NCBI GenBank assembly: GCA_051252375.1 | Contig: JBPOFY010000002.1 | Location: 192,001 to 256,000 of the forward strand | Direction: 5' to 3' | Length of the DNA: 64,000 bases | Origin: Opitutaceae bacterium | Lineage (GTDB): Bacteria > Verrucomicrobiota > Verrucomicrobiia > Opitutales > Coraliomargaritaceae | In this document: piece after piece, positions 29,106 through 38,645 of the stretch | How the letters are laid out: each line of letters begins with the position of its first letter | Position numbering within the stretch: the first letter of the stretch is position 1 | The notes under the pieces: generated by a model | Database searches by the model: none | Seen by the model: the letters and a program-made list of their open reading frames with translations, nothing else | What the model was told of the DNA's origin: nothing | Translations under genes and position numbers: made by a program

Positions 29106-31332
29106 CGCTTGCCTCCTGTTCCAATGCAGATGGATCTTTCAAGATGGCATCCCATGAAGCGCCCACGAGGAGCACTTCAGGTTCGAGCACATAACCCGAC
29201 TTTTCAAAGACCACAGCGCGAATCTGGCGCACCAGTTCAATCACATCCTCCGAGGTCGCGCCTCCCATGTTGACGATAAAGTTGCCATGCACATCAGAAA
29301 CCTCTGCTCCACCCACGCGCATCCCTTTGATGCCATGCGTGTCGATTAACTTCCCCGCATAGTTCCCTTCGGGGTTTTTAAAAATACAACCCGCACTTGG
29401 ACCGCGCGGCTGGCTCTCTTTACGCGCGCTCGAGTAACTATCCATTCGGCTACGAATCGCGGCCTCATCTTCAGCCTCCGGGCTTTTCAAAATCGCACCT
29501 AGCGCGATGCCCCGGCTGATCTCCTCCACCTTACGATAGCCAAAGTGAAACGCCTCTTTCGGCAAATCCTGCAACTGACCAGTCTCATCGATGAACTGCA
29601 CGCGCTCGACGACATCAAACATCCAGCTGCCCATTGCTCCGGCATTCATTCGTAAAGCACCACCCACCGCACCGGGGATGCCCTCTAAAAACTCAAAACC
29701 AGCGAGCCCTGCCTTGGCGGCATGACCACAAATCTCTTTTAAGCGTCCGCCAGCTGCCGCCCAGATGCGACCATTCGACAAAGTCTCGACCCGCCGCCAA
29801 GCAGGTGCGGAAAAGCGGATCACCAAGCCATCAAAGCCAGCATCGGCAACGAGCAGATTCGAGCCACGACCGATGCAAAAAGTATCTAAGCCAAACAGCT
29901 TAGCAGCTCGCAGCAAAGCACGCAGATCAGTCAAATTTCCGGGCTCGGCATAAAAACGAGCTGAACCTCCCACTCGCAGAGTCGTCTTATTCGCCAATGG
30001 CTCATCGTATTTCAATACGCAATCCGAGGAAACACGACTGGCGCAATAGCCTTTCCATGCTTCTGAAATATTCCCCTGCGCACGTATCCACTCTACAAAT
30101 ACACCAGCAAATCCATCTAGGTCTCCCGCCCCGACAAACGCGACCACTGTCGGCATCGGTTCCAATGCTTGCTGCAATTGCTGCACTGCGCCCAGATTCA
30201 TCTCCAAGCAAACGGGTGCGTCCGAACCAAAGGCCTCCACCAAGTCATTCAACTGCCCGCCACTTTGCTGGCATTCGTGTGCCGCATAAACGGGCAACAA
30301 AAATAACTGATCTGCCAGAGACAAACTCTGCACAAAGCCTTCTTTAAATTGTTTCGTCCGTGAATAACGATGCGGCTGAAAAACCACGACTAAACGATGG
30401 CTCGGCATCTTTGCTTTAAGGCTGCTCAACAGCGCTTCGATCTCGGTCGGATGATGCGCATAGTCCTCCACTACAGTGAGATCCGACGTCTCCAACAAAT
30501 ATGTTTGCCGTCGAGCCATACCCGAAAATGACTGAAAGATGGAGGCATCCACTTCAGCCCCAAGTAACTGCAGGGCCGAGCTCGCCGCTGCCGCGTTGGC
30601 TTGATTAAAGCATCCGTTGAGATCGGTAGAATAAGTAACCAGTGCAGCGCCTCCGGTTTCGATGAAACGTTCTCGTAAATCTCCTTCGCGCGGGAGCAGC
30701 ACTTGCGACTTGGTCCGCACAATTAATTGCCTAAAGGCCTCATCGATCATCGCCTCATTTGAGTAGCGATCCGCATGGTCCCAATCCACATTTAAAAGTA
30801 ATGTGGCTTCCGGTGAAAAATGATCGATCGTGCCATCACTCTCATCCACTTCAGCGACCAGCCACTGGCTGTCAGACACTTGGTATGGTCGCTGAGCAGG
30901 GTCATTAAACAGACCTCCAAGTATATAATTCGCGTCCAGTCCACATTGACGCAGACCGTATGCGATCATTCCTGAAGTGGTTGTTTTTCCGTGACTGCCG
31001 ACCACAGCAATCAGCTTTTTCCCAGCAGCGACCTCAGCCAGCATTTCACCTCGACGTAAAACCTTTAGCCCTCGCTCGCGCGCCGCTACCAAGATCGGAT
31101 GATCGTGCTGGATCGCACTCGAATAGACCACCGTATCAATACCCTCTAATTGTTCTGCAAAAAAGAGGTCGCGAACATCCACCCCAGCTTCCAGCAATAC
31201 GCGACGCACAGGTTCACGCAAATGATCATCAAAGCCACAGATCGTGCTGCCGGACTGCGAAAGCCAACTAGCCAAAGGCGCCATGCCCATGCCCCCGACA
31301 CCGATAAATAAATATGCCTGCGAGTCCTCCAT
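29098..31332 (-). CDS. murC-murB: Fused MurC-MurB (UDP-MurNAc-Ala ligase / UDP-GlcNAc-enolpyruvate reductase)
   Basis: N: GVGGMGM, GSHGKTTT, EVDESD, DYAHHPTE, FQPHRYSR; C: GRGSNLL, GIPGAVGG, MNAGA, SAGCIFKNP, HGNF, LEPEV. Confidence 0.92.
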   Translation of the reverse strand: MEDSQAYLFIGVGGMGMAPLASWLSQSGSTICGFDDHLREPVRRVLLEAGVDVRDLFFAEQLEGIDTVVYSSAIQHDHPILVAARERGLKVLRRGEMLAEVAAGKKLIAVVGSHGKTTTSGMIAYGLRQCGLDANYILGGLFNDPAQRPYQVSDSQWLVAEVDESDGTIDHFSPEATLLLNVDWDHADRYSNEAMIDEAFRQLIVRTKSQVLLPREGDLRERFIETGGAALVTYSTDLNGCFNQANAAAASSALQLLGAEVDASIFQSFSGMARRQTYLLETSDLTVVEDYAHHPTEIEALLSSLKAKMPSHRLVVVFQPHRYSRTKQFKEGFVQSLSLADQLFLLPVYAAHECQQSGGQLNDLVEAFGSDAPVCLEMNLGAVQQLQQALEPMPTVVAFVGAGDLDGFAGVFVEWIRAQGNISEAWKGYCASRVSSDCVLKYDEPLANKTTLRVGGSARFYAEPGNLTDLRALLRAAKLFGLDTFCIGRGSNLLVADAGFDGLVIRFSAPAWRRVETLSNGRIWAAAGGRLKEICGHAAKAGLAGFEFLEGIPGAVGGALRMNAGAMGSWMFDVVERVQFIDETGQLQDLPKEAFHFGYRKVEEISRGIALGAILKSPEAEDEAAIRSRMDSYSSARKESQPRGPSAGCIFKNPEGNYAGKLIDTHGIKGMRVGGAEVSDVHGNFIVNMGGATSEDVIELVRQIRAVVFEKSGYVLEPEVLLVGASWDAILKDPSALEQEASGG

Positions 31333-32459
31333 TAGACTCCTCGCTCCAATCTATCAGCACGCGCCAACTGCCGTGCATGACATAGCTCAACCAAATCATC
31401 CGCGATACATTTGCACGAATCATATCGATCTAAACGTTCGAGGTTGGTTTTAAATTTGTTCAATAACCAATCGTTAAAAATCAGGTTCATCACCTCATCG
31501 GTAAGTTGATCGAGATTTGCTTGATCCAAGACCAGACCGGCACCGTGCTGTTCATGCATCCGCGCATTTGCTTCCTGATGATTGTCAGCCGCGAACGGAT
31601 ATGGGATCAGGATCGAAGGCGCACGGCAGCGCACAATCTCAGCGATCGAGCCCGCACCCGCACGAGACACCACTAGATCTGCCGCAGAGATCACATCGCC
31701 CATATTATCGGAGAATGGAACCAGCGTCGCGGTGACATCATCTCCGTTTCGATCGACCTCATGAATGGTGCTCTTGGTGCTTTTCCCCAGCCCTGTCACG
31801 CAATACACGCTGATGCCTGCGCGAGCGAGCTCTCCAAATTGTTGCGTCACCCAATCGTTCAATGCGGCGGCACCTTGACTCCCGCCGATCACGACCAACA
31901 GCTTATGCGGCACTACAATCCCTAAACGCTTACAAGCATCTGCCTTTAGAGAATGCTTCACATCTTGCCGCACCGGATATCCAAGATAGCGGGTGCTCGC
32001 CGGTTGCACGCCTTTTAAGCGAACGCCATCGGGCAGATACACGCGCGTTGCGATGCACTTGACCAAGCGAATCGCTTTGCCCGGATGGCAATTCGCCTCA
32101 TGCAAGGCCACAGGGATACCGGCAAAACGTGCGGCCGCACCTAGCCCGACCGACAAAAAACCACCAAACAACAACACTAGATCCGGGCGTTCTTCTTTTA
32201 TAAATCTTCGCGAGAACAGATAGCCAGAAAACACGCCCCATATCGAAGCGAAGCGTGCCATGATACCTCCGGCAAACGCACGGCCTGGAGTTTTATGAAA
32301 ATTCAGGTGGCTATACTTTGCGATCAGCGCGGAATCGACCTGCTTCTGACTAATCAGTAACCGGCAGTCATGCCCCTGCGATTGCAGCACCTCGGCTACA
32401 GCAATACCCGGAGCCAAATGCCCACCGGTGCCGCCACATGCGATGACGATCTTGCTCAT
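31332..32459 (-). CDS. murG: Undecaprenyl-PP-MurNAc-pentapeptide GlcNAc transferase
   Basis: GGTGGHLAPG, GGSQGA, SRAGAGS, NHQEANA. Confidence 0.95.
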   Translation of the reverse strand: MSKIVIACGGTGGHLAPGIAVAEVLQSQGHDCRLLISQKQVDSALIAKYSHLNFHKTPGRAFAGGIMARFASIWGVFSGYLFSRRFIKEERPDLVLLFGGFLSVGLGAAARFAGIPVALHEANCHPGKAIRLVKCIATRVYLPDGVRLKGVQPASTRYLGYPVRQDVKHSLKADACKRLGIVVPHKLLVVIGGSQGAAALNDWVTQQFGELARAGISVYCVTGLGKSTKSTIHEVDRNGDDVTATLVPFSDNMGDVISAADLVVSRAGAGSIAEIVRCRAPSILIPYPFAADNHQEANARMHEQHGAGLVLDQANLDQLTDEVMNLIFNDWLLNKFKTNLERLDRYDSCKCIADDLVELCHARQLARADRLERGV

Positions 32460-33598
32460 AGGTCACGCTGTCTCCCCAGCACCGGCATTTCCCATGAACG
32501 AAAGCCATTCAATATGATCCCGATCAGAACAAACATGAATACGAGGTTGGAACCTCCGTATGAAATAAACGGCAATGACATGCCCTTCGTCGGCAAACAA
32601 CCAGTGACCACACCAATATTGATCAAGGCTTGAAAGGTGACAAATAAGAGCGCACCCATCACTAACAGATATTGATACAGATTGGGCGCACGTTTGAGCT
32701 GCAGCACACCGATAAAAAACAAAATCATAAATAGCACCACGACACCTGCGGTGAACTGTAAGCCCAGTTCCTCACCGACGATAGCAAAGATGAAGTCCGT
32801 ATGTGCTTCGGGCAGGAATGACATCTGCTGACGTCCTGAACCGAGCCCCACCCCATGCAGTCCACCGGCACCGAAGGCCAGCATTCCCTGCCAGAGCTGA
32901 TAGGAGCTATCACTGCGATTGCCTTCCACATCGAGGAAAGAAGTGATGCGCTTTAGTCGAATCGGATCGTGATAGACGGCGACTGAAAAGATCAGCAACG
33001 CAGAGATCGCAGTGGGGATCAAAAACTTAAGCCGCACACCGGCGAGGAAAAGCATTGTGCCACCGACTAAACCGCAAAGGAAGGAGGTTCCGAAATCAGG
33101 CTCGACGATGATAAGGGCACAGAAGACCGCGAGCATCCCGCAAGGCACTAGGTAGCCGCGCAGAATGTCGTCCAAAAATCGGCGATTCATCGCCAGATAG
33201 TGAGCCATGACAAAGAGTAGACCCAATTTCCCGATCTCAGACACTTGTAGCCGCATCGGTCCGAAATCCATCCAACGTTGGGCACCATTCACGCGCACAC
33301 CCAGCCCGGGGACGAGCACCAGCACGAGCATTAAGATGGAGCCTCCTGCGAGGATGAAGGCGTAAGGCCGCAGGGCTTCCAGATTCACGATCATCGCAAT
33401 CGCACCTGCGGCGGTGGCGATGACTAACCAAATCGCTTGCTTGCGCAAGAGCACCGTCGGGTCGTCGTGGATAGCGCGCGACGCACTAAACAGAATGACG
33501 AGCCCAAGAAATGTCAGTGAGATGACGATGAGACTCATGAACACTCCTGCAGGCGGAATCCGCCAAGAGGATTTTCGCGAGACCATGCGGGTGCTCAT
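32456..33598 (-). CDS. ftsW: SEDS protein FtsW
   Basis: NGAQRW, EPDFG, LPEAHTDFIF, PTKGMSLPFISYGGS. Confidence 0.95.
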   Translation of the reverse strand: MSTRMVSRKSSWRIPPAGVFMSLIVISLTFLGLVILFSASRAIHDDPTVLLRKQAIWLVIATAAGAIAMIVNLEALRPYAFILAGGSILMLVLVLVPGLGVRVNGAQRWMDFGPMRLQVSEIGKLGLLFVMAHYLAMNRRFLDDILRGYLVPCGMLAVFCALIIVEPDFGTSFLCGLVGGTMLFLAGVRLKFLIPTAISALLIFSVAVYHDPIRLKRITSFLDVEGNRSDSSYQLWQGMLAFGAGGLHGVGLGSGRQQMSFLPEAHTDFIFAIVGEELGLQFTAGVVVLFMILFFIGVLQLKRAPNLYQYLLVMGALLFVTFQALINIGVVTGCLPTKGMSLPFISYGGSNLVFMFVLIGIILNGFRSWEMPVLGRQRDL

Positions 33599-33640
33599 TC
33601 TATGTCGCTATCGTAATGGGGATCAATCAAAGGCGAGGTA

Positions 33641-34804
33641 TTACTCTTCCATTCGGATGACTGGAATCTCTACAGCATTTTCAAACATGCTTTCATCATT
33701 GATCGTGACGACATCGTCCTCAACCAAAGGATCGGCTTCGATCACACGGATTTCAATTGGACCATTATTGGCTGGAGGCAAGTATGTGGACGTGACAGAA
33801 GTGGTGGCTGGCTTTGGAGCCAGGACCGTTTCTGTGCTGGTGTCGACATTCGCTGCACTACCTGAAGCGCTTACCTTTAAGGTCTGCCCAATTTGTAAAG
33901 TGCGGGGATCGGTGATGCCATTGAGTGCCAACAGTTCTCCGGATGTCATGCCATACTTACGGGCAATCGTCGCTGGGTATTCGCCGGCTTTCACTGTATG
34001 TGTGCGGGCGGAACCAAAGTTCGTTGGCGCGGAATAAGTAGAGGCCGCCGAGACTGTGTTAACTGGAGCAGGTGCAACGCTTCCAGTGCTACCGGTGCTT
34101 CCGGAAACAGGGATGACCAATGTCTCACCCACTCGGATCATATCGGATGTTTTGCCGTTGGCTGCCTTGATCGCCCGCACAGTCGTATCGTGCTGTTTGG
34201 CAATCTTTGAGAGTGTATCACCACCTTTGACCTTATATTGAACCGAACCGGTATTGAAGGATGTTGGCTGATATGTGTCTGCAGTGACTGTGTTGACTGT
34301 AGCCGTGCCACCTTCAACAGGGATTTGAATTTGCTGACCAATCTTCAATACTGAGTTCTTATTCAAACCATTTGCAGCATAGAGCTCGTTCAGTGAAACG
34401 CTGTAACGCTTGGAGATGGCCCAAAGACTATCACCCTTTTTGACTGTGTAGGTTTCGAAAGAAGAACCCGCGACATTCACGGTTGGACCGCCTGAAACGA
34501 TTGGATCCAAAGGAGCGACGTCATTGAACTCATTGAATTCACCGCTGGAGTCGGGAGCAAAAGAGCCGTTATCCATGCCAGCGTTGAAAGCAGAATCTAA
34601 AGTCGAGCCATTATCCGAACGTGTGGCTTCAATCAAGCCATCTGGTGTGCGAGTCGCGCCCTTTACATTGGTGCGGATGGTGCGATCTTGTTGATATGTT
34701 TGCGTGGGCGGCTGTGTCGTCCGGCAACCAGGCTGCACGATAAGAACGGTGATAACACCGAGGTGGAGACAGAGGACAAATCCAAAGATTTTTGAAGCTT
34801 TCAT
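33641..34804 (-). CDS. Exported protein with three LysM domains
   Basis: YTVKKGDSLWAIS, YKVKGGDTLSKIA, HTVKAGEYPATIA; hydrophobic N-terminus. Confidence 0.9.
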   Translation of the reverse strand: MKASKIFGFVLCLHLGVITVLIVQPGCRTTQPPTQTYQQDRTIRTNVKGATRTPDGLIEATRSDNGSTLDSAFNAGMDNGSFAPDSSGEFNEFNDVAPLDPIVSGGPTVNVAGSSFETYTVKKGDSLWAISKRYSVSLNELYAANGLNKNSVLKIGQQIQIPVEGGTATVNTVTADTYQPTSFNTGSVQYKVKGGDTLSKIAKQHDTTVRAIKAANGKTSDMIRVGETLVIPVSGSTGSTGSVAPAPVNTVSAASTYSAPTNFGSARTHTVKAGEYPATIARKYGMTSGELLALNGITDPRTLQIGQTLKVSASGSAANVDTSTETVLAPKPATTSVTSTYLPPANNGPIEIRVIEADPLVEDDVVTINDESMFENAVEIPVIRMEE

Positions 34805-34840
34805 AGTAAGATTTTGTAAATGGTTCAGGCTAGATATAGA

Positions 34841-36106
34841 TTAGTCGGTTGCTTGGGCACCGTTCAAACTTAAAACAGTATCAATAAAGCATTTTCCGCG
34901 CTCTTCATAGGAGGAAAATTGATCGAAACTGGAAAAACCGGGACTTAAGAGAACATTTGCAGAGATATCGTCTACCGCGCCCTTCGAGGCAGCCATTACA
35001 GCATCCTCAAATCGCTCGCAAACGGTCACCTTTTTCAGCCATTTCTCAAGTTCGGCAGCGAGACGGCGCCCCACTTCACCGTATACATACGCAGCCGTGA
35101 TATGGGAGGACATTTCCTTAGCGAATAATTCAACATCGCCGCCTTTGACTCGCCCCCCACCAATCCAGTGGATCGGCGTCGGCACGGCATGGATCGCCGC
35201 TAAGGTAGCGTGAAAATTTGTGGCCTTTGAATCATTCCAGAAATTAACCCCATTCCATGTCGCCTCGCGCTTCAATCTGTGCGCCGACAATTCAAAGTTG
35301 TTCGCGGTTTCGACCAGTGCCTCAATCGGCAAATCGAGTAACCACCAAAGCTCCGCAGCCAAACATATATTCTCTGTTTGTGGAAATTCATTAAACGGCG
35401 AACTTGGCTTTAATTTCCTGATCAATGACGGATCGTCGTAGGCAACAGAGCACGCATTGAAGTCCGTGTTCATTAGATTCATCCAGTGACTGACCTGCGG
35501 GCTCAGCACACAAATAGCATCGTGCGCCAGGCAGTCAAAGAGTCGTGCTTTGGCATAAAAATAATCAGACATGGATTCGTAGCGATCCAAATGATCTTCC
35601 GCAAAGTTCGTCCAGACCAGTGCATCCAATTCCAAGCCGAACGGCATCTCAGCCTGAAAAGAGCTGATTTCGCAAACCGCATAGGACTCGGGAGTATTCT
35701 TGTCGGAGAGCACCGCGTCGCTGAGTGGATAACCGATGTTGCCCGTTGCTACCGCTTGATGCCCCGCGGCCTGCAACGATTGCGTCAAAAATTTCGTAAG
35801 CGTGCTCTTACCGTTGGTGCCGGTCACTGCAATGATTTTGCCCTTCCAATGACGAGCCGCAAAGCCGAGCTCTCCAAAGCATGCCTTATCGGATTTAACC
35901 GCAATTTTTCGCCACGGGTGCTCCAAGCCAAATCCAGGGCTGACGACAACAGTATCAAAGGCTTCCAATTGACTAGCGGTAAACACATCGCTGTCACCGC
36001 GCCCATCCTGATCAAACAAGCTCACCTCATGGCCCAAGGATGCAGCCAAACGGCGAGCCGCTTGACCACTGATTCCTGCACCGAGGATGGCGATTTTTTT
36101 AGACAT
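34841..36106 (-). CDS. murD: UDP-MurNAc-L-Ala--D-Glu ligase
   Basis: TGTNGKST, EISSFQ, DHLDRY, NDSKATN, SPGFSSFDQF. Confidence 0.95.
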   Translation of the reverse strand: MSKKIAILGAGISGQAARRLAASLGHEVSLFDQDGRGDSDVFTASQLEAFDTVVVSPGFGLEHPWRKIAVKSDKACFGELGFAARHWKGKIIAVTGTNGKSTLTKFLTQSLQAAGHQAVATGNIGYPLSDAVLSDKNTPESYAVCEISSFQAEMPFGLELDALVWTNFAEDHLDRYESMSDYFYAKARLFDCLAHDAICVLSPQVSHWMNLMNTDFNACSVAYDDPSLIRKLKPSSPFNEFPQTENICLAAELWWLLDLPIEALVETANNFELSAHRLKREATWNGVNFWNDSKATNFHATLAAIHAVPTPIHWIGGGRVKGGDVELFAKEMSSHITAAYVYGEVGRRLAAELEKWLKKVTVCERFEDAVMAASKGAVDDISANVLLSPGFSSFDQFSSYEERGKCFIDTVLSLNGAQATD

Positions 36107-36129
36107 TTAAGAAGAACGAGGAATAAAAT

Positions 36130-37230
36130 TTAACGAAGTTTCAAAGTCGCAAGACCAGCCATAGCAAAAATCAAGGAAAGTATCCAGAAGCGAATAACGA
36201 CTTTATTCTCATGCCAGCCCTTGAGCTCAAAATGGTGATGGATCGGAGACATGCGAAAAATACGCTTTTTCCGCAGCTTAAATGAGCCGACTTGTAAAAT
36301 AACGGACATCGCTTCCATCACAAAAATACCACCGACAATGACTAAAGTCAGCGGTTGATGCACCATAAAGGCGATCATTCCGATCAAACCACCAAGCGCT
36401 AATGAACCCGTATCTCCCATAAAGACTTCAGCCGGATGTGAGTTATACCAAAGAAATGCCAGACTCGCGCCCAATAAAGCCGAACATACCACAGCCAACT
36501 CCCCTGCCCCGGGAATGAAACTGATGAACAAATAGTCCGAGATAATCGCATTACCCGCAGCATATGCCATAATTGCGTAAGCCAGCGCAACCGTCACCGT
36601 GCAACCAATAGCCAAACCATCGACGCCATCCGTGAGGTTGATCGCATTACTCGAACCTGCCAAAATGAGAAAGAGAAACGGCACCAAAAAGAAGAGCGGC
36701 ATCTTCAGCCAAAGCACCTCTTTATAAAAGGGCACCCACAATTCACGCATGCGCTCAGCGGACTCTGGAGCACTCAGCAACAAAAGGAGCGCCAATCCAG
36801 TCAGCGCAGCTTGGCCGACCAACTTCCAACGACCGGGAAGCCCCTTACTATTCGCCTTCGCGACCTTGAGATAATCATCCAAGAAACCAATCACTGTGAG
36901 TCCGAGATAAACTAGCAAAGCGGTATACACATACACATTGGGACGCGCCCAGAGCACCGAACTCACAACGATCGAAACACAGATCATCAGCCCGCCCATA
37001 GTTGGCGTCTGCGCTTTAGTGGCATGCAAATCGGCTAATTCGCCGACTTCGTCTTTACCTCGCAAAGACTGCTTGGCACGCAACTCCCGAAGTTTGGCAA
37101 AGATCCAAGGTCCCACCAAAAAACCAACCCCCAATGCAGTCACCCCCGCAAATGCAGCGCGCAAGGTGAGATAACGAAAGAGACGAAGCGGGCCAAAGTA
37201 GGCTTCAAAATCGGCGAGATAACTGAGCAT
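36130..37230 (-). CDS. mraY: Phospho-MurNAc-pentapeptide transferase
   Basis: TPTMGG, LDDY, NLTDGVDGL, FMGDTGS, PIHHHFE. Confidence 0.97.
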   Translation of the reverse strand: MLSYLADFEAYFGPLRLFRYLTLRAAFAGVTALGVGFLVGPWIFAKLRELRAKQSLRGKDEVGELADLHATKAQTPTMGGLMICVSIVVSSVLWARPNVYVYTALLVYLGLTVIGFLDDYLKVAKANSKGLPGRWKLVGQAALTGLALLLLLSAPESAERMRELWVPFYKEVLWLKMPLFFLVPFLFLILAGSSNAINLTDGVDGLAIGCTVTVALAYAIMAYAAGNAIISDYLFISFIPGAGELAVVCSALLGASLAFLWYNSHPAEVFMGDTGSLALGGLIGMIAFMVHQPLTLVIVGGIFVMEAMSVILQVGSFKLRKKRIFRMSPIHHHFELKGWHENKVVIRFWILSLIFAMAGLATLKLR

Positions 37231-37265
37231 GGTAAGCGTTTAGAAAATGATGATTAGAGTGTTCC

Positions 37266-38630
37266 CTATGGAAGTAGTTTTTCGAGTTGGTAGCTACGAC
37301 TCCCTTTGAGAAAGAGTGCACCGTGAAATTCAGCAATGTCCGATTTCACTTTTTCGATAGATTCGCTGGCATGAAGCTGGTTCGAGGGATTCCCCGACCG
37401 TTTCGCACCTGCTTTATACGCTTCGACCAGCTCGCTCGGACCGACGAAGTAAGCTCGATCCTCCGCACGCAACTGAAGTTGAGCGCCGATCAATGCATGC
37501 TGTTCGACTGCAGTCGCGCCCAGCTCATTCATTGCGCCCAAAATATAGGCCCGAGGCTGCTCAGCATCCATGACATGAATAAAAGCAGACAAGGCATCCG
37601 CCATCGAAGTCGGATTGGCATTATAACAATCAACGTAGAAGGTCTGCGAGCCGACTACTTGAATACTCCCGCGTGTGCCCGCTGCCTGCCAAAACCTCAT
37701 ACGCTCTTGAAGCACCGTCATCTCGACCCCGAGTTGACGAGCAGCCACAATCGCTAGTGCCGCATTGGTCGCGATACCACGACTCGGTGTGGCAATGGTA
37801 AATTCGAAAGCATCCAGAGAGAGTTGATGCGCAGCACCTCCTTCAATCGACGACAAACGATAAGGCACCAACTGTCGCACTGACACATCCGGCGATACTT
37901 CTTCTTCCGTATGCACAACAATCGCACGATCAGCCATCGCTCTAAATGCAGGGAACTGCAAAAGGCTCGCTGGAATGACAACCGGTGAGCCCTCTGCCGC
38001 AGCAGTAGCTAAGCGTGCTTTTTCTTCTGCCACCTTCTCAATAGAACCCAACAATTCCAAATGCGCATGTCCCACGTTGGTGACAATAGTCATGTCGGCA
38101 CATATCATAGCGCCGAGTTGCTGCATCTCACCGGGCTGGTTGATCCCCGCTTCAATGACGGCGAAGTCATGTTGAGTCGCATCCAGTCCGAAGAGCGTCA
38201 TGGGCACGCCAATCAAATTATTCCAATTGCCCGCAGTGGCATGTGTATGCGTTTCACCGAGCAAGATACGTAGCATTTCCTTCGTCGAAGTCTTGCCGCA
38301 ACTACCAGTGATTCCGACCACCGGCGATGTGAACTTCGAACGAACGAATGCCCCCAAGGAGCCAAGCGCTCGCAATGAGTCAGTCACGACGAGTTGTGGT
38401 ATCGTCACATCGACTGGTCGTTCCACCAGTGCCATCACTGCGCCACCGACCTGAGCTTGTTGCACAAAGTCATGCCCATCGCGCGCGCCTCCACTTAAAG
38501 CGACGAAGCACTCCCCTAACTGAACCTGTCGCGCATCGAAACAAAAACGTTCAATCTGCTGCTCCGGCATGCCACCATGCCACTTTCCATCTGTAATCGT
38601 AACGAGCTCTTCTGTAGATATGCCGCGCAT
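37266..38630 (-). CDS. murF: UDP-MurNAc-tripeptide--D-Ala-D-Ala ligase
   Basis: GITGSCGKTSTKE, NNLIGVP, DCYNANPTSM, KGSR. Confidence 0.93.
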   Translation of the reverse strand: MRGISTEELVTITDGKWHGGMPEQQIERFCFDARQVQLGECFVALSGGARDGHDFVQQAQVGGAVMALVERPVDVTIPQLVVTDSLRALGSLGAFVRSKFTSPVVGITGSCGKTSTKEMLRILLGETHTHATAGNWNNLIGVPMTLFGLDATQHDFAVIEAGINQPGEMQQLGAMICADMTIVTNVGHAHLELLGSIEKVAEEKARLATAAAEGSPVVIPASLLQFPAFRAMADRAIVVHTEEEVSPDVSVRQLVPYRLSSIEGGAAHQLSLDAFEFTIATPSRGIATNAALAIVAARQLGVEMTVLQERMRFWQAAGTRGSIQVVGSQTFYVDCYNANPTSMADALSAFIHVMDAEQPRAYILGAMNELGATAVEQHALIGAQLQLRAEDRAYFVGPSELVEAYKAGAKRSGNPSNQLHASESIEKVKSDIAEFHGALFLKGSRSYQLEKLLP

Positions 38631-38645
38631 CGTGCTGATAAAATC

